In this document: piece after piece, positions 13,133 to 22,793 of the stretch | Position numbering within the stretch: the first letter of the stretch is position 1 | How the letters are laid out: every line of letters starts with the position of its first letter | Source of the DNA: an uncultured delta proteobacterium | Lineage (GTDB): Bacteria; Desulfobacterota; Desulfobacteria; Desulfobacterales; Desulfatirhabdiaceae | NCBI GenBank assembly: GCA_963789395.1 | Contig: CAWBKP010000011.1 | Coordinates: 128,001-192,000 of the forward strand | DNA: 64,000 nt | Direction: 5' to 3' | Position numbers and translations under genes: made by a program | Notes under the pieces: generated by a model | Seen by the model: only the letters and a program-made list of their open reading frames with translations | Databases searched by the model: none | Told to the model about the DNA's origin: nothing

Positions 13133-13157
13133 GCCAGAACGGAAAGTCCGTTCTGGC
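13133..13157. promoter_or_regulatory. Perfect 10-bp inverted repeat in the thpR-recA spacer
   Basis: GCCAGAACGG-aaagt-CCGTTCTGGC. Confidence 0.45.
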
Positions 13158-13207
13158 AGCATCCGATAAATATTCAAATTTCATAGCCAACGCCAATATA
13201 ACCAACA

Positions 13208-13807
13208 CTATCCGTTTGAAATAACAGGGCCGGCCAGTATTACACTTCTGAGCGGCGTATAAATTGAGCCGGACGGCGTCAACCGGCTTTGAATCAGATG
13301 CATGGCATCGACCGTGAACGCATGCGAAGTCGCCTGCCCGGTTTGTCTCAGTGCGCTGACCAGGAGGCCGCTCTCCAAGCGGGTCTTGATTCTGCCTAGT
13401 GTCAGATGCCCTTTAAACGGCCTTTGCTCAGGCTTGAACCGGCCCTTTCCGACCGGATCCAGCCGGACCTCCAGATCCTGTTGAAGGGCGATCAGCTGCG
13501 GGATATCGCCCGCTATTCCCATCCACACCACCCTCGGACGTCTCAGGTCAGGAAAAACCCCGAGTCTTCCTGCAGATAAAACCAGTGGTGTCACCTGCCG
13601 CGCGCATTCCGTCATGACGGCCGCTATCGGCTCGATATCGGCAGGCTCAATGTCTCCCAGGAATTTTAACGTCAGATGAACGTTAGCGGGTGGCACCCAG
13701 GCAATGCTCAGCCCCAGGGCTTTAAGGGCGCGTTGAACCTCTGAAACGAAACCCGTCAGCGGCTCCGGAAGCGCTACGGCAATAAAGGCTCTGAGAAGCT
13801 CAGTCAT
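13208..13807 (-). CDS. thpR: RNA 2',3'-cyclic phosphodiesterase (2H phosphoesterase, LigT/ThpR)
   Basis: RAFIAV, two HxT motifs (HLTLKFLG, HLTLGR), SRLTPSGSIY; lies upstream of recA. Confidence 0.92.
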   Translation of the reverse strand: MTELLRAFIAVALPEPLTGFVSEVQRALKALGLSIAWVPPANVHLTLKFLGDIEPADIEPIAAVMTECARQVTPLVLSAGRLGVFPDLRRPRVVWMGIAGDIPQLIALQQDLEVRLDPVGKGRFKPEQRPFKGHLTLGRIKTRLESGLLVSALRQTGQATSHAFTVDAMHLIQSRLTPSGSIYTPLRSVILAGPVISNG

Positions 13808-13820
13808 GACGGGATTCCGT

Positions 13821-14987
13821 TTAGATTGGCAGTGTAAACTGCGGTTCACCCAGCAAAAATTCGCCGCGGGAAATCCATTCCTTCAGGGTTGCCGCGATCT
13901 CCCTGGCCCTGACCATGCTGGAGAGCGGAACCGTATGAACATCCACACCATTAACCTGAATCATACCGCTTTTCAGCTCTGCATAACTGACCTGGCCCAG
14001 GCTTCGGGAAATACCGTTGGGGTAATCATGACCATAGTCCAGAATCTGCGTAAAGATTTCTTCGTCGGAAACTCCCGTATATTCAGCTATTTCCTCATTC
14101 AAAACCGGAATCGGAATTCCCAGCCCGACCGACAGCGAACAACCATACCCCAGAATACTGACACCCACCAGCCACCGGGGGCTCATTTTTTTCAGATCCC
14201 CCATGACCCAAAGGGTTCCTGCAGGCGTTACCGGAACCCCTCTGGCATTCCGTTTGGCGGAGGGTTTATGCTGGGTTCCGTACCAGGTCACATAGCCTTC
14301 CGCACCGCCCAGGAATATCCGGGTTCCCAGTCCGATGGTCTGGTAATAGGGGTCGTTGAACAGCGGACTGAGCGAGCCCGACGTACTGTAGTTGGCGTTA
14401 CCGGCACGGGGTTTCAGGGTCCCCATATAAGTGTAAACGGTTTTTTTCGTCAGATTCACAGCACAGTTATAATTCTGATATCCATTTCTCGGATTGCAGA
14501 GCACGGCATTGGGAAGGGTTTGAAGGGTGATTTCTTTTTCAACATACCGGCTGGGATAACAGTCCGTGCCATACGCTGTGGCTTTAAGGTAGACGCGCTT
14601 TCCGGCAACCAGGTCCTGAATCACATGCCCGCCCCCGTAAGTGAACTCACCGGGATAAACCTTGTTCAGCGGGTCATCCTCACAGGGTTCAGTTGCGCCG
14701 ATATAACAGTCCACCGCAGCAACGCCACCATAAGCCGGGACATTGTTCATCCAGACTTTGGATGCCTTGATGCCGGGCGTCGAGTGGCCGAAATTGATAA
14801 ATGCACCGGATGAGCACATGGGCGCAAAGGTTCCGGTCGTCACCACATCCACATAGCGGGCCGCCTCAACCCGACCCTGCTGTTTAACGATATCCGTCAT
14901 TTCTTCAGCGGTGACCACAACCACTTCACCGGATCTGATTTTATCATTGATTTCCTTATAAGTCTTTGTAACGATGTGCTTTTTCAT
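13821..14987 (-). CDS. DUF39 homocysteine biosynthesis protein (L-aspartate semialdehyde sulfurtransferase family, no CBS domains)
   Basis: KTYKEINDKI...VDVVTTGTFAPMCSSGAFINFGH, YGGGHVIQDL, NPRNGYQNY, SPLFNDP. Confidence 0.85.
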   Translation of the reverse strand: MKKHIVTKTYKEINDKIRSGEVVVVTAEEMTDIVKQQGRVEAARYVDVVTTGTFAPMCSSGAFINFGHSTPGIKASKVWMNNVPAYGGVAAVDCYIGATEPCEDDPLNKVYPGEFTYGGGHVIQDLVAGKRVYLKATAYGTDCYPSRYVEKEITLQTLPNAVLCNPRNGYQNYNCAVNLTKKTVYTYMGTLKPRAGNANYSTSGSLSPLFNDPYYQTIGLGTRIFLGGAEGYVTWYGTQHKPSAKRNARGVPVTPAGTLWVMGDLKKMSPRWLVGVSILGYGCSLSVGLGIPIPVLNEEIAEYTGVSDEEIFTQILDYGHDYPNGISRSLGQVSYAELKSGMIQVNGVDVHTVPLSSMVRAREIAATLKEWISRGEFLLGEPQFTLPI

Positions 14988-15080
14988 GAACGAAAAATCT
15001 CCAATAGAAAAACAGGCTGAAGGAAGACGAACTGAAGCCTTTTTATCAAATTCTTCAGGGTAATTTTCCTGAGTTTACCA

Positions 15081-16463
15081 TCACTTTATGGTGGATTGCA
15101 CGTCTTTAATTTTATCCAAAATATTGTTTTTTATCCACGTGTCATCCCACCATTCAATCGGGTTGACAAAGGTGTTTCGAACCAGCATGGAATAGTGCAG
15201 ATGGTCTCCTGCGGCCATGCCGGTGCTGCCAGTGTGTCCGAGAATGTCGTTTTTTGAAACCATCCGGCCGACAGTGACATCAAAGCTGTTCAGGTGAGAA
15301 TACATGCTGAACAACCCGAATCCGTGATCCAGTAGAACCGTCTTGCCATAGATTCCGACAAAATCAGCAAACACAACCCTGCCGGTGTTGGCGGCGGGAA
15401 CCGGGGACTGTTTGACAGAAGCCAGGTCAACCCCAAGATGATCCTGTTGATCCACTTCCTTGCCCTCGAACAGGTAGGTCCGATGATCCGCAAATCCGGC
15501 TTTGGGAGCGGAATTGGGAAGCCGGACAAAGCTCCCTTCCCAGTACATCTTGCTGTCGCTGGAAGCAACCGCAGATGATATCTTCTGATAATTGGATTCG
15601 CGCAGTTCCTGGTTGACCTTGATGAATTTTTCCAGCATGGGCTTCTGGCTGTCCGGAGAAACTTCCACATCAAATTCAGGCATTTTCTGATTTAAAAAAC
15701 TGTCGCTCAAGGAAATGGTATCTTTTTTGAAAACCTTTCGCCGAATGTGGTAGGGAAAACCGGATCGTGTTGCATTTCCTGCCTGATCAACAGCTTTTAC
15801 GAAAAGCTCGGTTCCCGGCCCCTGAAGATGATTCAGCGCAATAAAGGCAAGATAGACCCCCTGATCACTGAAATACCCGGCCTGGCCCGGATAAAAGACA
15901 TCCCCGACCATCACGCCATTTACCGGACAGGATTCAGAGAGGCGGTAGATCACCAGGCCCGCCCCTCCCTGATTCAGGTTGTGAACCCGGGTCAGAACCA
16001 CAATTTCCGGAGAGCGGGTATCAATCAGAACCTCTTTTTCAATAACGGCTTTATTGCCGTGAAACCAGTGCCGCCAGGAATGATCCCGGACCATTACCCG
16101 GAACATGGCTTTACCGTCGGTAATTCCGAGCTTTTTAACATCCACGGTAACGGGAACCGACAGTGTATGAACTGGCCCGGTGTCAGACGAGCCTTTCTGC
16201 GGATACAGATCGTCCCGAAGAACCATTTCCCTGCCGTTCTGCTCAATGGCTACCCATACCTTTCGAATACCGCTTCGGGCATCCGCAAGATTCAGGGTCA
16301 TTTCCTGGGAAGGGTTCAGATAAGAAGGTATTTCGGTTGTAATAACGGGATCTTCTCCTTCAAGCCGGTCCCACAGGAACCAGCCGGATACCAATACCAG
16401 AGACGCCAGCATCAATAACAGCAGGCGAAGAATAATTCTTTTAGGACTGCGTTTGGGTATCAC
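15081..16463 (-). CDS. M23 family metallopeptidase with N-terminal membrane anchor
   Basis: HLGVDLA, SMYSHL, GDHLHY M23 motifs; hydrophobic N-terminus. Confidence 0.9.
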   Translation of the reverse strand: MIPKRSPKRIILRLLLLMLASLVLVSGWFLWDRLEGEDPVITTEIPSYLNPSQEMTLNLADARSGIRKVWVAIEQNGREMVLRDDLYPQKGSSDTGPVHTLSVPVTVDVKKLGITDGKAMFRVMVRDHSWRHWFHGNKAVIEKEVLIDTRSPEIVVLTRVHNLNQGGAGLVIYRLSESCPVNGVMVGDVFYPGQAGYFSDQGVYLAFIALNHLQGPGTELFVKAVDQAGNATRSGFPYHIRRKVFKKDTISLSDSFLNQKMPEFDVEVSPDSQKPMLEKFIKVNQELRESNYQKISSAVASSDSKMYWEGSFVRLPNSAPKAGFADHRTYLFEGKEVDQQDHLGVDLASVKQSPVPAANTGRVVFADFVGIYGKTVLLDHGFGLFSMYSHLNSFDVTVGRMVSKNDILGHTGSTGMAAGDHLHYSMLVRNTFVNPIEWWDDTWIKNNILDKIKDVQSTIK

Positions 16464-16640
16464 TGCGTTTCAATCCACCTCATATTTTATCAATCGTGCC
16501 TGACCAACATATCTTTTTCAACAGCACATTCGACAAAAGAATCCAAAACAATGACTAGAACACATCAATCAGAATGTGCTCAGGCGTACTGCTCTCAAAA
16601 CTTGTATTTCAAACTGACGGCTTTCGACATAGTAACCATG

Positions 16641-16686
16641 GATTTCAGAATTTGTTTCGAATTTCAGATTTCGATATTCGGATTTT
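16641..16686. repeat. Degenerate heptamer tandem repeat
   Basis: tttcgaa tttcaga tttcgat attcgga at 16655-16682. Confidence 0.6.
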
Positions 16687-16904
16687 ACCTGAACGAATGA
16701 TGCGCGACATAGATAGCGGGTTTTTTACAATCCGTTCAGTTATTATCAATTAACCCGGTGCTTATCAAGGTTTGTTTTTTCCAGTGCAGAATTTCAGGAT
16801 TATCATCATTTCTTGACTTTTATCTGTTCGGGCTATAAATAAAACAGTATGAAATTATTGGAAAGTCAAGATATCGGGAAGACAACCCCATCATATAAAA
16901 GAAC

Positions 16905-17795
16905 TTGGAAATGAAATTCCGGACACCATTTTACGAAATCCCCATGGGCGCCGACGCCGAACTGGTCTTGTTTGCCGGCCCCTGCGTCATTGAGGACTAC
17001 ACCACCACGCTATCCATTGCCCGGTTTCTGAAACAATTGACCAGCGAGCTGGGAATCCCCTTTGTTTTTAAAGCCTCTTACGACAAGGCCAATCGGACAT
17101 CGCTGCAATCCTACAGAGGTCCAGGCCTGACCGAAGGCCTACAAATCCTGTCCAGCATCAAACATGAATTGTCAATTCCCATCCTGTCGGATGTTCATGC
17201 CCAATCGGAAGTAGAATCCGCGGCCCAGGTTCTGGATATCATCCAAATTCCCGCCTTTTTATCCAGACAAACCGATCTGATTCTGGAAGTCGCCCGAACC
17301 GGCAAGCCCGTTAACATCAAAAAAGGGCAGTTTCTGTCACCCTGGGACATGTATCCGGTGACTGAGAAAATCACTTCTACCGGAAATCACCAGATTTTAT
17401 TGACGGAGCGCGGGAGTATGTTCGGATATTCAAATCTTGTCGTTGATTTTCGAAGCATTAAAATCATGCAGGATACGGGTTTTCCAGTCATATTCGACGC
17501 CACGCACAGCGTTCAGCTTCCGGGCGGTGCCGGTAAAAGCTCCGGCGGTCAGAGAGAATTTGCGCCAATTCTGGCAAAGGCGGCCGTTGCCGCGGGCGCC
17601 GACGGCATTTTTATCGAAGTCCATCCGGACCCTGATCGCGCCAGATGCGACGGCCCCAATTCCCTGCCCCTGACCATTCTCTTCGACCTGATTTCCAGGC
17701 TCAAAGCGATTCGCAGGCTGTCAGCTGAAGGTCTCTCTACAGCTACCTCCCCGCACGATCTGCATGCAGATGGAACATCCGCTTTTGAAAAATAA
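16905..17795 (+). CDS. kdsA: KDO8P synthase
   Basis: AGPCVIE, FKASYDKANRTS, QIPAFLSRQTDL, KKGQFL, DATHSVQLPG. Confidence 0.96.
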   Translation: MEMKFRTPFYEIPMGADAELVLFAGPCVIEDYTTTLSIARFLKQLTSELGIPFVFKASYDKANRTSLQSYRGPGLTEGLQILSSIKHELSIPILSDVHAQSEVESAAQVLDIIQIPAFLSRQTDLILEVARTGKPVNIKKGQFLSPWDMYPVTEKITSTGNHQILLTERGSMFGYSNLVVDFRSIKIMQDTGFPVIFDATHSVQLPGGAGKSSGGQREFAPILAKAAVAAGADGIFIEVHPDPDRARCDGPNSLPLTILFDLISRLKAIRRLSAEGLSTATSPHDLHADGTSAFEK

Positions 17796-18300
17796 TTTCA
17801 AACATATAAAATTGTTATTGCTGGATGTCGATGGTGTCCTGACGGATGGCAGCATTATTTACGATGACACGGGTTCACAGATCAAGGTGTTCAATGTCAA
17901 GGACGGACTGGGTATCCGCCTGTTGATGCTTGCAGGCATTCAGGTGGCCATCGCCACAGGGAGGCGTTCCAAGGCCCTGCTGCATCGATGCGAAAACCTG
18001 GGTATTTCACTGGTTCTGGATGGACTTTCGACAAAGACGGATGTTCTCAAAGCGATCTATCAGCAAACCGGTATTGTGGCGGATGAAATCGTTTTTGTCG
18101 GAGATGACCTCATGGATCTGCCGTTAATGAAACAATCCGGCGTCTCCATTGCAGTTGCTGATGCCCACGAACTGATCCGCCTGCATGCCGATATGGTTAC
18201 CCTCGCCCCCGGCGGGAAAGGTGCGGTGAGAGAGATCTGCGAGATGATTTTAAAGGCCAGAGACCAGTGGGACACAGTCATCAACCGGTTTATGGCATGA
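17764..18300 (+). CDS. kdsC: KDO8P phosphatase (HAD family)
   Basis: LLDVDGVLTDG, FNVKDGLGI, GDDLMD, GGKGAVRE. Confidence 0.93.
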   Translation: MQMEHPLLKNNFKHIKLLLLDVDGVLTDGSIIYDDTGSQIKVFNVKDGLGIRLLMLAGIQVAIATGRRSKALLHRCENLGISLVLDGLSTKTDVLKAIYQQTGIVADEIVFVGDDLMDLPLMKQSGVSIAVADAHELIRLHADMVTLAPGGKGAVREICEMILKARDQWDTVINRFMA

Positions 18301-18322
18301 TGACGGATTACGGCACTTCCAG

Positions 18323-18910
18323 ATGATCCCATTCCTACGCTCCTTCAGCTCAAAAAGAAAAGTCACCTTTGTTCTGGTTGCTTTCAGTTTGATCACAACG
18401 GGGATCATTGCGGGGATTTTCATAAAGAACCGTTATCTCAGTAAAGACCCCGTCAAATTGCTCACCTCCATCAACCAGAACGCAAGTCTGGCTATTGGTA
18501 ATGTCCACCAGGTATCCACGCGGGACGGGATCAAGGAGTGGATTTTGGACGCCAGATCCGCCCATGTTATTGACGAAAGCAAACAATTGATGTTAGAAGA
18601 TGTTACAGTAATTTATTTTTTGAAAAACGGCCAAGAGGTGCGGTTGACTGCAAACCGGGGAATCCTGAAAACCGAGACCAAGGATGTTGAAGCCACAGGC
18701 CATGTGGTATTGACGTATTCCGATTACATTCTGGAAACCGAGCAAATGAATTATGATCACGGGCATCGGGTATTGTCTTCATCAACGCCGGTAAAAATCA
18801 CGGGAAATACCATCAATTTAACGGCAGATTCCATGAAATATGATTTAACTGCCAATCAGGCCTGGTTCCAACAGAATGTTGAGGTGTTGTTGCGTGAAAA
18901 TTCCATTTAG
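18323..18910 (+). CDS. lptC: LPS export ABC transporter periplasmic protein LptC
   Basis: Single N-terminal TM helix then beta-rich domain; sits between kdsC and lptA. Confidence 0.8.
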   Translation: MIPFLRSFSSKRKVTFVLVAFSLITTGIIAGIFIKNRYLSKDPVKLLTSINQNASLAIGNVHQVSTRDGIKEWILDARSAHVIDESKQLMLEDVTVIYFLKNGQEVRLTANRGILKTETKDVEATGHVVLTYSDYILETEQMNYDHGHRVLSSSTPVKITGNTINLTADSMKYDLTANQAWFQQNVEVLLRENSI

Positions 18911-19461
18911 ACTCAAAAAACGCAGTCCTTGGCAATTGCTTTTACCATTGTTTCTGATGATGTGCGTGGCGGTGCCCATGGCGAACCGGAATGCGTGTGC
19001 ATTGGAAAAAGAAAAAGATGCCGGCAACATCCAGATCAAAGCAGACAGTCTTGTGGCCTATAATGAAGCAAGCTATGCGGAATTTTCGGGAAACGTCAGT
19101 GCCGTCCAGGGAACAACCCTGATCACATCCGACAAACTCAAAATTTATTACACTAAAGCGATTGAAAAAAAGGACAAAAAAGATACGGGCGAAGAATCCA
19201 TAAAAAAAGTGGTGGCTTCCGGAAAAGTGGTGATCCAGTCCGAGAATCGGACAGCCTATACCAGCATGGCGGAATATACCCCGGCGACAAAAATGGTTGT
19301 TCTGAGCGGACCGGATTCCAAAGTTATCAGCGGCAACAACTATGTAACCGGCGACAAAATCACTTTTTTCATGAATGAGGATCGCGTTACAGTTGAACGC
19401 GGCAAAGAATAAACAGGTTGAGGCGTTTTTTTATTCCGGTGAACTTGACAAAAAACCCTGA
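18894..19461 (+). CDS. lptA: LPS transport periplasmic protein LptA (probable frameshift near 19405)
   Basis: Signal peptide, IQIKADSL, AEFSGNV, VASGKVVI, TGDKIT. Removing one A extends the tail to KQVEAFFYSGELDKKP*. Confidence 0.8.
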
Positions 19462-19488
19462 ACACTTTTACGTGAAGTCATCCGGATT

Positions 19489-20211
19489 ATGGCCGTATTA
19501 TCACTGAAGAACCTGATCAAGTCGTTTGATGGCAAACGGGTTGTCAATTCCGTCACCATGGATATCAGCAGCAGCCAGGTGGTGGGGTTGCTGGGTCCGA
19601 ATGGCGCCGGTAAAACAACGACATTCTATATGGCTGTCGGCATGCTCAAACCCGATTCCGGTCGAATCTTTCTGAATGAAGAAGATGTAACGGATTTTCC
19701 CATTCATATTCGGGCCCGCAAAGGGATTGGGTATCTTCCCCAGGAAACATCCATATTCCGGAAACTAACGGTGCGGGAAAACCTGATGGCGATTTTAGAG
19801 CATCAGCCGCTTTCGCGTCCGGACCAGGAAAGACGGGCGGAAAAACTTCTGGATGAACTGGGGATAAATCACCTGTCTCAGCAGAAAGCCTCATTGCTGT
19901 CCGGCGGAGAAAAGCGGCGACTGGAAATTTCCCGCGCGCTTTCCACCAACCCGGCTTTCATTCTTCTGGATGAGCCTTTTGCGGGCATTGACCCGCTTGC
20001 AGTCATAGATATCAAAACCATCGTATGCCACTTGAAAGAACTTGGAATCGGCGTTCTGATCTCCGACCACAATGTGCGAGAAACGCTTGGGGTCTGTGAT
20101 TTAGCGTTCATTCTAAACGGCGGAGAAATTATTGAAACCGGCGTTCCCCAGCAGATAGCATCCAGCGAAATCTGTCGCCGTATTTACTTGGGGAACGAAT
20201 TTTCGCTTTAA
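19489..20211 (+). CDS. lptB: LPS export ABC transporter ATP-binding protein
   Basis: GPNGAGKTT, LSGGEKRRLEI, LDEPFAGIDP, SDHNVRETL. Confidence 0.96.
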   Translation: MAVLSLKNLIKSFDGKRVVNSVTMDISSSQVVGLLGPNGAGKTTTFYMAVGMLKPDSGRIFLNEEDVTDFPIHIRARKGIGYLPQETSIFRKLTVRENLMAILEHQPLSRPDQERRAEKLLDELGINHLSQQKASLLSGGEKRRLEISRALSTNPAFILLDEPFAGIDPLAVIDIKTIVCHLKELGIGVLISDHNVRETLGVCDLAFILNGGEIIETGVPQQIASSEICRRIYLGNEFSL

Positions 20212-20236
20212 CCCATGACACATAACCAGATACAAA

Positions 20237-21670
20237 ATGGCTCTTGAATTACGCCAACAATTGAAATTGTCCCAGCAGCTGATCATGACCCCTCAGCTGC
20301 AACTGGCCATTAAACTCCTGCAGCTGTCCCGACTGGAGCTTTTAGAGACCATTCATCAGGAGCTTCAGGAAAACCCTGCTCTTGAAGAGACACTGGAAGA
20401 CGCGGCAACGGATCAGACGGAAGAAGCCCCTGAAATAATCCCCCCGGACGTCGGTACAATCTCCGGCGAGATTTCAGATCATAAAACCGTTGAAGATACG
20501 GACTGGAGCAGTCTGATCAATGAATACAGCTCATCGGGAAGGGTCACTTCAGAAACCGAAAAAAAAGACGCCCCCAATTACGAATCCTTTATCGCGCAGA
20601 AAGAATCGCTTCAGGACCATCTTTCCTGGCAACTGCTGATGTCGTTTCCGGACCAGGAGGTTGAAAACATAGGCAGCCTGATCATCGGCAATCTCAATGC
20701 GGACGGTTATCTGGAACTGAGTCTGGATGAACTTGCCCGCACGAGTCAATCCTCTCCCGAAAAAGCCGCCGAAGTCCTGCAGATGCTCCAGACATTTGAT
20801 CCCATTGGTGTGTGTTCCCGTGATCTCAGGGAATGCCTGCTGATTCAGGCCAGGCATTTCAACCTGGAAGGAACCGCGGTTGTCGATATTATTTCTAATC
20901 ACCTCCACCATCTGGAGAGAAAAAACTATAAAGCCATCAGCAAGGCATTGAAGCTCTCCATCGAAGACATCGTTGCTGCCGTCGACATCATCAAGGGACT
21001 GGAACCAAGGCCCGGACGCCTGTTCAATTCCGAATCCCCGCAGTACATCACCCCGGATATTTATGTTTACAAAGTGGACGAAGAGTTTGTGATTGTTCTG
21101 AACGATGACGGCATGCCGAAACTCAAGGTGAATACATTTTACAAGGACGCCATACAGCAGAAAAAAAACGTATCGGATCAGACTCGAGATTATGTTCAGG
21201 AAAAAATGAGATCCGCCACCTGGCTCATTCGCAGCATTCATCAGCGCCAGAAGACGATTTATAAGGTAATGGAAAGCATTTTGCGGTATCAGCGGGATTT
21301 TTTCGAGAAAGGCATTTTACACCTCAAACCCATGGTGCTCAGAGACATCGCCGAGGATATCAGCATGCATGAGTCCACCATCAGCCGGGTTACCACCAAT
21401 AAATACGCACACACCCCGCAGGGTATTTTTGAATTGAAATTTTTCTTCAACAGCTCTATTAACCGGATGCACGGAGAGGCGATTGCCTCTGCCAGCGTGC
21501 TGAACCAGATAAAGCATATCATTGACGGTGAAGACCCCAAAAAACCCTACAGTGATCAACAGCTTTCGGATATGTTGGAAGCCGCAAACATCAAAGTGGC
21601 GCGACGGACCGTGGCCAAATATCGGGAGATGCTGAAAGTGTTGCCTTCCAGCAGACGCAGGCAATTTTGA
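20237..21670 (+). CDS. rpoN: RNA polymerase sigma-54 factor
   Basis: MTPQLQLAIKLLQL, HESTISR, RpoN box ARRTVAKYRE. Confidence 0.98.
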   Translation: MALELRQQLKLSQQLIMTPQLQLAIKLLQLSRLELLETIHQELQENPALEETLEDAATDQTEEAPEIIPPDVGTISGEISDHKTVEDTDWSSLINEYSSSGRVTSETEKKDAPNYESFIAQKESLQDHLSWQLLMSFPDQEVENIGSLIIGNLNADGYLELSLDELARTSQSSPEKAAEVLQMLQTFDPIGVCSRDLRECLLIQARHFNLEGTAVVDIISNHLHHLERKNYKAISKALKLSIEDIVAAVDIIKGLEPRPGRLFNSESPQYITPDIYVYKVDEEFVIVLNDDGMPKLKVNTFYKDAIQQKKNVSDQTRDYVQEKMRSATWLIRSIHQRQKTIYKVMESILRYQRDFFEKGILHLKPMVLRDIAEDISMHESTISRVTTNKYAHTPQGIFELKFFFNSSINRMHGEAIASASVLNQIKHIIDGEDPKKPYSDQQLSDMLEAANIKVARRTVAKYREMLKVLPSSRRRQF

Positions 21671-21712
21671 AACAACCTTCGTCAATTAGCGAATAGAAAA
21701 AGGAGATTTTTC

Positions 21713-22246
21713 ATGCAAACATCTGTAAATTTTAAAAATATCGATTCTTCGGACAATTTGTCACAATATGTCAGCCATAAACTGGATCGATTTGACAAAT
21801 TTCTGGACAATCCCGCAGAAGCCAGTGTGGTGCTGTCTGTTGAAAAATTCAGACATATCGCGGAAATCAATATCGTTGGCGACAGGCTCAATATCTATGG
21901 CAAGGAAGAAACGGTCGACATGTATTCGGCCATTGACATGGTTCTGGATAAACTGGAAAAGCAAATCAAAAAGAATAAGGACAAGACACGGGATAGAAGA
22001 ACAGGCTCAAAAGCCAGGACAAAACTTTCTGTCACGGACAATTTGATTCATGTCGATCCCGAAGAACGCGGCCAGGTTATTGTTGAGCATATCGACTATA
22101 AACCCATGGACGTTGAAGAAGCCATTATGCAGATGGATCTAACGGAAGATCATTTTTTTGTATTCACAAATGCCAGATCCGAACGTGTCAATGTCCTGTA
22201 TCGGCGTAAGGACGGGGACTACGGGTTAATCCAACCCAGCAATTAA
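21713..22246 (+). CDS. hpf: Ribosome hibernation promoting factor (long form)
   Basis: DMYSAID...KLEKQIKK; C-terminal KPMDVEEAIMQM...YRRKDGDYGLI; follows rpoN. Confidence 0.93.
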   Translation: MQTSVNFKNIDSSDNLSQYVSHKLDRFDKFLDNPAEASVVLSVEKFRHIAEINIVGDRLNIYGKEETVDMYSAIDMVLDKLEKQIKKNKDKTRDRRTGSKARTKLSVTDNLIHVDPEERGQVIVEHIDYKPMDVEEAIMQMDLTEDHFFVFTNARSERVNVLYRRKDGDYGLIQPSN

Positions 22247-22323
22247 TTCTGCTGCCGGCCGGTTGCCCGTCTTTAAGTGGTTTTTCATTGACGACCGGCC
22301 GTTTTACACGGAATCCCAGGACC

Positions 22324-22782
22324 ATGAAAATTCTAGAATCATTACATCGCGATGCAATTCTCACGGACTTAAGCTCTCGGGATAAAAAAGGGCTTATCGA
22401 GGAACTGGCAGCTCCGGTTGCCCGGATTATCGGCGTGAGCTGCCCCGAGCTGGTTGCCGTTCTAATGGAGCGCGAGCGACTGGGAAGCACCGGCATCGGC
22501 ATGGGAATCGGCATTCCTCATGGGAAACTCAAATCCCTGGACGGCCTGGTAATGGGTTTTGGATTAAGCCGAAAAGGCATTGATTATGACTCACTGGATG
22601 GCAGGCCCGCGCATTTATTTTTCATGCTGATCACCCCTGAAAACTCCACGGGGCTTCACCTGAAAGCGCTGGCAAGAATTGCCAGAATGTTAAAAAACGA
22701 ACCCTTCAAAGAAAAGCTGCTTCGGGCGCAGACCCCTGATGACGTCATTTCCATCATTCAAGCCGAAGATGAAGATTTCTAA
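22324..22782 (+). CDS. ptsN: PTS IIA-like nitrogen regulatory protein
   Basis: ERERLGSTGIGMGIGIPHGK, HLKALARIA. Confidence 0.88.
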   Translation: MKILESLHRDAILTDLSSRDKKGLIEELAAPVARIIGVSCPELVAVLMERERLGSTGIGMGIGIPHGKLKSLDGLVMGFGLSRKGIDYDSLDGRPAHLFFMLITPENSTGLHLKALARIARMLKNEPFKEKLLRAQTPDDVISIIQAEDEDF

Positions 22783-22793
22783 CAAAGCTATTC

